This document shows positions 1-9,757 of a stretch of 64,000 bases of DNA, piece after piece. A program made the position numbers and the translations under genes. The notes under the pieces were generated by a model. The model saw nothing but the letters and a program-made list of their open reading frames with translations. It had not been told where the DNA came from and made no database searches. The first letter of the stretch is position 1, and the number at the start of each line of letters is the position of its first letter. This DNA is from Botryllus schlosseri. Lineage: Eukaryota. The stretch covers positions 2,916,001-2,980,000 of the forward strand of contig CM119372.1 in assembly GCA_051294905.1 (NCBI GenBank). The letters are read 5' to 3'.

Positions 1-154
1 TAGAAGACTGGTAAAGTATCTCGAGTGCGCTGCAGTACCAAGAGAGGCGTCGGCATTGCAGATGTGAAGCGAACCTGTATCTGCGTGATTGCCACTAGCT
101 TGCGAGTTTCATCGACAAGCGTTTAATATGCAATGGGCCAATGTATCCGTTAGC

Positions 155-400
155 GATGTTGTTGTTTTCGTATTCAGGGTGTTTGTCAGTTTGATCAAAC
201 GGCTAGTTTATACAAGACTGATATTAGTCATTGTTCCTTATCTGCCGACTTTTAGCGCGGCCCACTTCCGATATAGGCTTTTGTAGGACACCGTTTACGC
301 GTATACGGGATGGCGAGGGAAAACATTGATAAACCTCAACCCTCAGTAAGGGATTCTGAAGTCCGGCCTAAATCCACAACCCATTGATGTTGCATGCCGT
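155..400 (-). mobile_element. Degraded copy of tRNA-derived SINE family A
   Basis: Reverse-complement similarity to 1169-1451 (gcttttgtaggacaccg, taaacctc, cccattgatgttgca). Boundaries approximate. Confidence 0.7.
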
Positions 401-1168
401 GAACCTGAAAGTAATATCTCGCCACGTTGGTCAACTATATATTATCAAACACGCTGTCTTAGAAGCTTTGCATCACCGCGGGCACATAGCCGCAGGTAAA
501 CAAGTTGTTTTCTCGGACTCAATTTCAGCTGTTGACAACATGGCAGCAGGTCAGGTGATGATGGATAAAGCTGTGATAATATTTGACTAGTATTTTTATT
601 GTATATTTATTGAATGCAGTATGCATGACCATCTGCAGGGGTGATCAAATAAGTAGGCATATAGTCATCGGTGTTACTCAGACAGATGTGGTCGCAACGT
701 CGTAGCATTTTATCGCATTACCATTAGATGTTGCGATTTTCAATAAGTAGGCCTACAAATGTGAGTGATCCTGGCCTAGTTTTGCATAAAAACCAGTAGA
801 AGTAAAATTAGTGGAAAATCATAACCACTGATGGAGAAAGTAGTGCACGTAACCAAAACCTACTTGAGTACTCCAGCAAGGTATACGTAGGCAACTTCGC
901 TACTGACCACCTTTGATTTTATGTTTGCCTTGCCGAAACGACCCTCACAACTTAAGCAACGTTCTGATATGTTCGTATGTGGATGGTACTTATGGCGGAA
1001 ACATCCGCACATTTCATAGACGTGGGCTAAAATTTTCCAACGGCAATTGAGATAAATATATTGAGATCGAGGCGTATTATTACTTTGATTTATGTTGCGA
1101 TGTTCTAAATTTTTGACATTGGGCCTACTCGATATTTCTTTGGCTTTTCGCGATTATGAACCCGCGAA

Positions 1169-1451
1169 TGTGGTGAGATAGCGCAGTGGTATAATCCGCG
1201 GCTGCAACACCAATGGGTGCGGGTTCGAGTCCGACCGAGGTCGACTTCCGAATTCCGATACCTAAGTGTTGGAGGTTTACCTAGGCTCCTCCTCGCCACC
1301 TCATCCGCGTCAGCGGTGTCTTACAAAAGCCTAGAGGTGGGCCGTGCTATAAGTCGGCAGTTACGGATATTAAGAAGAATATCGGCCTGGTGTAAATGAC
1401 CATAGTAGTCGACAAACACCATGAATACCCCAAAAAAAAAAAAAAAAAAAA
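1169..1451 (+). mobile_element. Full-length tRNA-derived SINE (family A) with poly(A) tail and 13-bp TSD
   Basis: Pol III A-box tagcgcagtgg (1179-1189), B-box ggttcgagtcc (1222-1232), A-run 1432-1452, perfect TSD atgaacccgcgaa at 1156-1168 and 1452-1464. Confidence 0.92.
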
Positions 1452-1584
1452 ATGAACCCGCGAACTGAAGAACCTAAACGAATTATAGCGAGCCGGAATG
1501 TACCGTGACTTTTTCGAAGTTATGCCAAATCACTCGACCTCAAACCATTTGGTGCATTAAATTTGGACGTTGGACATATTAAGG

Positions 1585-2375
1585 CAGGGGTGGGCAACAT
1601 ACGGCCCGCGGACAGTTTCCCGTATTACATGATAATGTGGCTACTACTTGCTTAAACGTCAAATTTTAGTGACTGTTATGTTATTATATACGTGTGTGCT
1701 GCGACAGTAGAGCTTGCGCGTAAGTTCGTCGAAGCGAGAAGACTAGCATTATCGGCATTTACCGTGTACTCAACCCTAATGAGTTGATTGGATGGCACCG
1801 TGTGTTAATTGATCAGAGAGAAGCAGACATGGTGGCGCCTTTATGACAATGCTGTTCTCAAATCGACATTGTCTTCGTCATTATCTGCGAGAAATTGCTT
1901 TAAAGCAGTGGTTCTCAAACGGGGGGAGGGGGGTGTGAAAGCATCTGAAGGGACGCAAAACTGCTGTCAACTGAAATAAAACGTTCGCGCTTCGCGCGAT
2001 TTACCTCCAATTCATATTTTTTGCTCTGTGAATAGTCCGAATTTCATGTTTGAGACCTCTCCCATCAACAGTCATAACCTTCCACGCCATCAAACTATCC
2101 GTTTGGATTGTTCGTATTCTGGTTGCATTTTGTGATATAACGGTAAGAGGGCGCGAAATTTTGGATTATCAAAACGGGGGGCTTGTCTAAAAATATTTGA
2201 CAACCACTGCTTTAAAGTGACATTTCTGTCGTCAAAATACATTCATTAAATATACGATTTATTCCTTGTATATGTGGATGAATGGGCGAATAATGCACTG
2301 ATGTAGTAATCCGGCCCGCCAAGAACTCAATTTTCCTATATCCGGCCCGCCGACTGGAGAAGTTGCCCGCCCCTG
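1585..2375. mobile_element. hAT-like MITE (CAGGGG ends) containing a nested MITE
   Basis: TIRs caggggtgggcaac / gttgcccgcccctg; perfect 8-bp TSD tattaagg; ggcccgc subterminal motifs. Confidence 0.9.
1906..2209. mobile_element. hAT-like MITE (CAGTGG ends); same family as 62263-62564
   Basis: TIRs cagtggttctcaaa / tttgacaaccactg; perfect TSD ctttaaag; internal similarity to 62263-62564 in inverted orientation. Confidence 0.9.
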
Positions 2376-2555
2376 TATTAAGGTAACATCATCGCCACAG
2401 AACTGAAATACAAATCACACCAAGAAAGCTCTCGCGACAGTATTGGTTATCTGCTTATATATCCTATTGAGGCCGAATGGGTATGGGTTGGAAAACCTGA
2501 AACCCCGTCCAAACTATTGCACCTCACAAATCTCCCAAATTATAAAACTCTTTAG

Positions 2556-5500
2556 ATGTCTACTTACTATCCTTTAATCGTCCTATCTCTGGCCGCCGCT
2601 GTCGTGTTTTCTGATGTGACGGACAGGCCACTTTGCTGCAGGCCAGATTACAAGCAAGGTCGGCCTGGAAAAACCGGACCGGCAGGGCCTGAGGTGGGTA
2701 GAAAGGTGCTATTATACCAACTTGAGTCAAACCAACCAATTTTGAGAGCGACCAAGTCAGCGTAGTTTCCTTGCTTACAACGCCGGCAACACAACGCCAA
2801 TTCAATTCTGATTGTGTTGGTAATTATCTTACTGACAGGCTTACGAACATGAACAGTCACACGTGTATCCGTAGACTCGTATCGTGCGTTGACAGTCAAA
2901 ATCGCTTTTCCCTATGGTGGATATGTTGCGATTCGTTTTCACACACGAGAGTAAACCATACCGTGAATAACTCAAAGCACCACCTTTGGAATAACACATC
3001 GAAATTTTGAGATCATTTTACGAGGTCAGGCGAATCGGACTTGAAGAGAGGAGTGGGGGAGATAGCGTTCGGCGTCCTCCTATCTGTTCATTACATCGCC
3101 TTGTATCTTATCGCATTGTACATTGTGTGTGTCTTTTTCAGATGAAAATATAGTCTGACGATTATTATTATCAAGAATATAAAGACAGCGAAGTTGGGCA
3201 AACTAGTCAGCGTTGCCACTCATGTAGAAGTAGAAGTAACCCCTGTAAATTGCTACTTCATTAGAAGGAGAAAAATAAATTTTAAGACATCTCAGAACCA
3301 CTTTAGGTAGGAGTATTAAATTAAGATCTGAGGAGTTCTTAAATAAGTAATTTGATAAAGCAGACCAGGTGGAAGAGTCACATACTTTTGACAGTTACTA
3401 TGACGTGGGACAATTTGGAAATTGCAGGCACGATGCAATTTTCAGAAAATACAGTTAGGTACCAGTTACCATGATACAGGGGATCTATTGCCCAGCTGCC
3501 ATGGTCATTTCACTTGCAATACCAATGCAAGCCTATGCAAATACTATACTTTTTAGTTTTATAGTTTTGACTCGAGTCAAGTCGCGTCATTTTCAATTCA
3601 CCACCGAGTCAAGTCCCAGTCTAAACCAGGAATCAGAGGCTCGAGTCCGAGCGCAAGTCCGTGTTTTCGCTGTACATTTTCATGTTACATCCGGCTCAAC
3701 TCACTTTTTTACAACTCTGTTCGGGGATATTGAGCGCATCGCATTCATAATATACTAACTTTCCTCACTTTCACAGGTTGTGGCCCTATTTACAAACACC
3801 AGGTTCCGAGTCATAAGTCAATCTCACTATTATAGTATTGACTCGAGTCAGTTCGAATCTTTTTTCAATTCACCGCCGAGTCAAGTTCGAGTCTAAATCA
3901 GCGAGTTGAGGGTCGAGTCCGAGTCAATGTGTTTTGACTCGGGTCTGATTCCAAGTCATTATATTCACTGTTCCATTTTCAGTTCACTCCGGTCAAAGCC
4001 ACTTTTTTCAACTCTGCTCGAGTGATACAGAATAGCTCGCTTTCATAATATCGTAATTTTCCCAGTCTTAACAGTTCCTGGCCCTATTTTCCAAGAACCA
4101 GGTCAGATGAAAGAAATACCAATAATGTGAGTACTTTACTGTTAACAATACACAAATTGATTCGAGTCACCAAAAATCGCGACTCGAGTCAATACAGCCC
4201 TGACAACGGTGGTACACATTACACACGTACTATAGCCTACCCACTACACGTGAAGAGAACATATTACTCCCCTGGAATATATCTCCGTAAGAACTGGTGA
4301 ATTTGACTCGTTTTGGCATATTGAAAGGGGTGGGAAAGCACGATTTCGGGAGTTGAATTATGTCGTATTCAGTCCGACCGATAAGTTCACATCTCAAATA
4401 TATAGTTCTATTTTAGGGTAAAAGAGGTCCGGCCGGGGGACACGGTGTTAAAGGAGACAAAGGATCCTCTGGTTCACCAGGTCCCCGCGGTTCAACTGGA
4501 TCCAGAGGACCAAAAGGCAATAATGGGAATGTCGACTACGCTAAAGTGGCAAAGATGATCGAAGACGCTGTTGCTCAATTAAAAAGTAAAGTCTGAATTC
4601 ATTACACCTCGGTAACTTTCGAACTTAAACGGTGAATTGATAGAATTAGTGATGAATGTCAATATTTTTCTTAGAACACTTCAGTAATTGGGGATCTTGC
4701 TATTCATAATTAGTATTTCAGGCAGTAGAGGTAAACCGTGTGACTTCGTGCTGACGATATTCACTGTATTCAACAAATAGTTTAGTTGTATTTATTGGGG
4801 AGTTGTTTTCGGTAATATTAGCCTTGGCCTATAAGCTACACTTACGTCCGCTTATTTGTGGTACTGTCTTTTGACACTTTTCCAGACATCGTGATTTGTA
4901 GTCGCAGTCGATTACGACGATTGCATCGTTTTCATCGTAATCGCAATTTATTGCATCTTAAAAAATCCGAATTAATCGTAATCGGTTATTTTTCATGAAC
5001 ATCTGGTTATAACAGATTCTGATATGATGATCAGTCGGCTCAGGATTAGATTCAGTCGTGTGGAGGCATTGAAAATCACCTAGGAATAAACAAATACCTG
5101 AAATAAGCTGCAAATCGACTTCGATCACACTGGTACAGTAGGCCTAATCGTCTCACGCATATCTCACACGATATTCCAAAGAGGTTTTTTTTGCAGCCTG
5201 TAGCTACCGACTTGTGATAATGCATGCGCTTACCGATATATGAATGAAAGATAGACCATTTTATTTAGCCTGCTTTTCACGTTTTGCGCATTCAAAATTA
5301 TCGAAAATTTTGCAGGGGAAAACAACAATTTGAAGGCTCGTGTGGCGAAATTAGAAAGTAAGTACAGATACAATTATACATATATATTACCAATACAATC
5401 GTATAGGATTTGAAGATGGTTTATCAGATTTGTAAATTCCTATTTGGATTACGTAACCGAAGAGTTTCGCTCATAGAAGTAGCGGCATTGCGTAGCCTAT

Positions 5501-8500
5501 TATAGACTTTTTTACGTCAAGAAATTTATCGCTTTCATAAAGCAGGCAAGGGCATAATTGAAATTTGAAAAACTTTGATATCGCAACCACACACTCTCTT
5601 ACTACTATTGAGCGGTCTAGTAACGAAATATGGTAAACATATAGTATAGGGTTACCATACGTCCTCTTTTAAGAGGATTTGTCCTCTTTTTTGACTTTTT
5701 TGAAAGTGTCCACGGAGGAGGCCTAAATGTCCTATTTTTTGAGAATTTTGGTTAAATGTAGCCTACGTGGAAAATGGACTGGGAGATAGGAAATCAGCGG
5801 CCAAGTAACGGACCGACGGGTGTTTTTTTCGGTACTTGGGCTAGACAAATGCCTTTTTTTCGGTAGTCAACCAACGTAAAATTTCATAGAAAGCCTGCAA
5901 TTCGGGATTTGAGCCGGAAAGATGACCTTTTGTTTAGTCAACCGACCACACAGTCGGGAAAAATTTACCATTTTTTTCAGGATTATTATCCAGTATTGTA
6001 AAATTTGAAAAAGTGTCCTCTTTTCAGATTTCCCAAATAAGGTAACTCTAACATATAGGGAATACTCAAATAGGCTTTTCTGTATTTGCATTAGTTACAT
6101 AAGTGATTATGTTGATTTGCTGCTTCCAATTCTGCCTCAACTGAATTTGAGACCGAGCTACTTACTATTTACAGTGTTCATTTTGTCTCGGGGAAAGTAG
6201 TATTTGGATAGATTTTCAGCCCCGTCTTACGGTACGTTTGCGTTAGTCTTGAAGATGCATCTTCAATAATAATGTCACCAATAACACGAATATATATTTC
6301 TACTGCGTTCATGGTGGAAACAAATTTTCATTTACTGTTGGGAATTTATAGAGACATTTGAGAGCAACTAGCTTGATATTAAGTATTGGGAGTCGGCGTC
6401 GGGGTCACGAACGTTCTGGCAAACTCGTAACCCGACTGTAGCCAGTTGTACCTCCACAGTTTCGACTAAAAGGGATGTTTAAAATGTTTGTGCCGAAAGG
6501 GGACACTTTTTACAAGATACAAAAGTTATAATGGCGGACGAGTCAACGGGTAATTTAGAGATTTTTACGACTAATTTTAAAATGCTAAAGTTCATTTTTC
6601 CGACGCGACTCCCAAAAGACACACTCCCACTCATAATCGATTATAGGTAACCTTTTTTAGTCAACTTGTCGGTGATAGAGAGAGAGAGAGTCATTATTTT
6701 CATCCAACCAAAATACATAACACACGGCAGTGATGGGGGTACAGAAAATATGCATGCACAGTATTCGGTATTAGATACTGTAGGGATGGTGTGAACGTGA
6801 GGTTCACGTTCGCGTTCTGTGTGTGAACCTCGGAAATTTAGAGGTTCGCGTTCACAAACGAACCTTGGTAGGTTCTGCACTGTGAACCTTTTTCATATAT
6901 TACAATATTCGCCTCATTATAACATCTCTGATTGACATTAATTGCATTTTAATTACCGGCCACTGTATGCATGGCTCTGACAGCATAAAAAGATCATCAC
7001 TAAAGGAACATGCACCTTGACAATCTCAAAAATTCAACTTGCTTTGTTGCAAAAGTTTGCTCGAAATATCCAGCTTTCCGTTTGTGAATACTATAAGTGA
7101 TTCTCTGCTGTGAGCTTGACCCGCAATCACACAACAACAAGAGCGAAATTACACTACATGTATGTAGTCAGCGAATGATGCTTATTCAACCAACCAATGA
7201 AATTGATATCGTTGTCTAATGTCAAAAATCTAGCAAGCATACGAGGTCAATCTTGATTTCATATGTTTATGGTATGGGATCATAAAAACCAAATCCGTGC
7301 GATCAGGGAGTTAACTACTGCTGTATAACTTGTTTAAGGGGTGATGTCGGTAGCAAGTACAGAAACCCGTTTTAGACTCTGCTCAATATCACCGTATAGC
7401 AATTCTCAGAAGCTGAATACATTGCCCGGTCTGGCCTAGACCGTTAAAGGCGTAAGCTTATATTCGTAGTCGAATTTGTTGGCAAAGCGACGGAAGATAT
7501 TGATTTTATGGGATTATTATATCATCTGATTGCCCCAATTGATACATTGGCGACGTTTAAAACGTCAATATGTACTTCAGCATTGCGGCATTATGTGGCC
7601 CGAGTCGTCGCTAGGTACAATGTACAATTGTACATTAATATAGAGGCTATTACTTCACTGAAATGTAGGGTTGGAATTAGCAATATAACATCACGTGACG
7701 TCATGAGGTTCACGTTCGCGTTCACACAAAACCTTTCAAAAAGGTTCGCGTTCACACGAACCTGAACCTTTCAGAGGTTCACACCATCCCTATTAGATAG
7801 GAATGATCGATAATACCGTGAAGGTCATCTAGTCTGATCACACCAGCATCAAACATGTACACTTGACTCTAAACCAGGGCCGGCCAACCTTTTCAGCCAA
7901 AGGGCCACATTCGATTGACGAAATATTGCGCGGGCCACTTACCGCGGTCAATAATATTGTCACTTGACTATATTGCGAGCCTGTCGTATATCGCTGTGCT
8001 AAGTTTGCGAGGAATGGGCTCTTCGGCGCATGGACATATCGGTATCGAAAGCTGCGACCAACAGGCGTCAAACTTTCCGTCCCTAGGTTCCATAGTCAAC
8101 GATCTTACTGCGAGCGCAAACGCAGGTCGCATATGTTGAACGACACTTTGTCCCGTAATCGCGAATATAGTTAGACTCAATCTGATACATCAGGCGTGTT
8201 CCATTTTCACAAAAAGGGCAACAATATTAAAAACAAGGAAACGAGTGACAACATGTTGCGCTAAGCTTGCAGAAATTTTTTACTTTTGATGAATCCATCG
8301 CAAATTATCCTGCTTTATTGTAGTGTACGAAGATATACCAATATGTGACTGGCTGATGGATCTGTCAATGCGTCGGAACTGATGTTTTAGTCATCACATC
8401 TCAAGTGTTGCGGCCAAACTTATCAAATTTTTGGTTGGCCTTGCAAGTTCACAATCTGTGCAATCCATTTTTGATATTAGAAATTTCGGAAATTACCTCG

Positions 8501-9339
8501 CGGGCCACTCAAAACCTTCTCGCGGGCCACATATGGCCCGCGGGCCACGGGTTGGCCGGCCCTGCTCTAAACAGTCTGGCTGTAAAAAATGTTAGTTAAA
8601 AAAGTGATAGGTGTTTCCTGTGTAAATTTGACGCTAAATTTCCTTCAATTCCGTCTAAATCCAGTTTTTACACTTTTTTTAGTTATCTTTGTACAGTCGC
8701 CTAACTATCAAAGCTATATCAAGAGGACGAATTGCGAAAAAGTGGACATTTGGGCGTCTTCGGAGGACATTTTACATTTCTTGAATAAAGAGGACATATG
8801 ATTTCTCTACTTTAAGGGCTTCCTACAGCAAAAACAGTGTGTATTCACTCGTAAATGGCCAAAATGGTGGTGCATTCCTACGTGCATGCATAATTGGACT
8901 AAAATGTTGTACTCGATTTATACCGCGGTGTAAATTTGAGGTAGGTTCTGGTTTCGTGTGTCATGGGTGTATATTCACACCCATATATCAGGGGTGATAC
9001 ACGGGTGGAAATACACTGTATTTTCGCTAAGAGTGTATATAGTTTATACCGTATATATAGTTTATGCAATACGGCAGCATAATAACAACTATATTCATAC
9101 AGTACCTTGAATGGCTCCTACGGAACCGCGTCAGTTGGCTGCTTTTGTCTCCATCAGATGTGAAGACTGTGAAGAGTTTGTTGTCATATTTTGCAGAATG
9201 TCAGTGCAACACCGTTCTCCCACCAGTCACTCGCCGTCCGATCACTGCGTTACCAACTCGCCGAACTCTCTTCTCGCTGCCAGACTTCTCATTTGGACCG
9301 TTTCGACCAAGTTTTCAGATTCCATTTAAAAAGAAATGA
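2556..9339 (+). CDS. Secreted collectin-like short-collagen protein (~163 aa predicted, 4 exons; last exon tentative)
   Basis: Exons 2556-2693, 4417-4585, 5316-5357 and tentatively 9197-9339, with GT-AG junctions in phases 0, 1, 1. Signal peptide MSTYYPLIVLSLAAAVVFS, CC, 17 consecutive Gly-X-Y triplets (GRPGKTGPAGPE|GKRGPAGGH...GNV), heptad-like neck VAKMIEDAVAQLKRENNNLKARVAKLE. The first three exons are well supported; the last rests on splice signal and phase only. Confidence 0.75.
3550..4202 (-). mobile_element. Rearranged copy of the gactcgagtc-rich hAT-like MITE (family of 22756-23338)
   Basis: Repeated gactcgagtc / ccgagtc motifs; ends ...aatacagccctg; inverted similarity to 22756-23338; internal partial duplication. 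Confidence 0.75.
5647..6050. mobile_element. hAT-like MITE (TAGGGTTACCA ends)
   Basis: TIRs tagggttacca / aggtaactcta; acatatag on both flanks (left copy offset by 2 bp); gtcctc repeats; inverted copy at 53845-54241. Confidence 0.85.
6781..7792. mobile_element. hAT-like MITE (TAGGGATGGTGTGAAC ends), ~1 kb
   Basis: TIRs tagggatggtgtgaac / gttcacaccatcccta; ggttcacgttcgcgttc subterminal repeats; close full-length copy at 52064-52983. Confidence 0.92.
7875..8564. mobile_element. hAT-like MITE
   Basis: Perfect TIR cagggccggccaacc / ggttggccggccctg; perfect TSD ctctaaac; gcgggcc subterminal repeats. Confidence 0.92.
8820..9038. repeat. Interspersed non-autonomous DNA-element-like repeat (TACAC/GTGTA-type end)
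   Basis: Inverted similarity to ~58646-58905 (gaggtaggttctggtttcgtg vs cacgaaaccagaacctgcctc; tgcatgcataattgga). Confidence 0.65.
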
Positions 9340-9504
9340 TGGCACTGCGATTATATTCGACGTTTTTGTGAACGATTCCATTTGATCACGCATATCGCAA
9401 TCTTGTGCATGACAAAAATATGTTAAATATCGCTATAAAACGAACGAACACAATCATGATGTACAATACATTTATCCAGTCGATGGCGAACGAAAACTTT
9501 AAAC

Positions 9505-9757
9505 CAGGGTAGGGCAACATACGGCCCGCGACGAGATTCTGAGCGGCCCGCAGACATCAGTTTCAGTTCTTAGACGTGATAATGTGGCACGCGGGTGTCG
9601 ATACATTTTCAAGCAAACATTTCCGACCATGAACTTTAACAAGACAAAGCTGCGTTCAAATCCAAGTGACGCTCACGTGCAGTCTTTAGTAAGAGTTTAT
9701 ACATCCGACATGCAGCCAGAGTTCAAAGAGCTTGTTGACTACTTTCATCGACCACAG
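9505..9757 (+). mobile_element. One end of a hAT element with C-terminal transposase remnant (Buster/SPIN/GTF2IRD2-like)
   Basis: TIR cagggtagggcaac plus ggcccgc motifs. Translation KQTFPTMNFNKTKLRSNPSDAHVQSLVRV resembles the hAT dimerisation-domain tail. Truncated where the Gypsy sequence begins. Confidence 0.7.

Noticed and set aside
1169..1240. Possible tRNA gene (A/B boxes); likewise 39280-39354
   Set aside because: Both continue into SINE bodies with simple-repeat tails; family A is multi-copy with TSDs. No clean cloverleaf.
3560..4200. Spaced gactcgagtc repeats resembling a CRISPR array (also 22756-23338 and the actccg repeats at 25650-25730)
   Set aside because: Irregular spacing and short units inside TIR/TSD-bounded MITEs; eukaryotic context; no cas genes.
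6174..6231. AG...GT-bounded segment as a possible extra exon of the collectin-like gene
   Set aside because: In the required phase it reads MFILSRGK then stops; the open frame is phase-incompatible. Cannot be excluded as an alternative short terminal exon.
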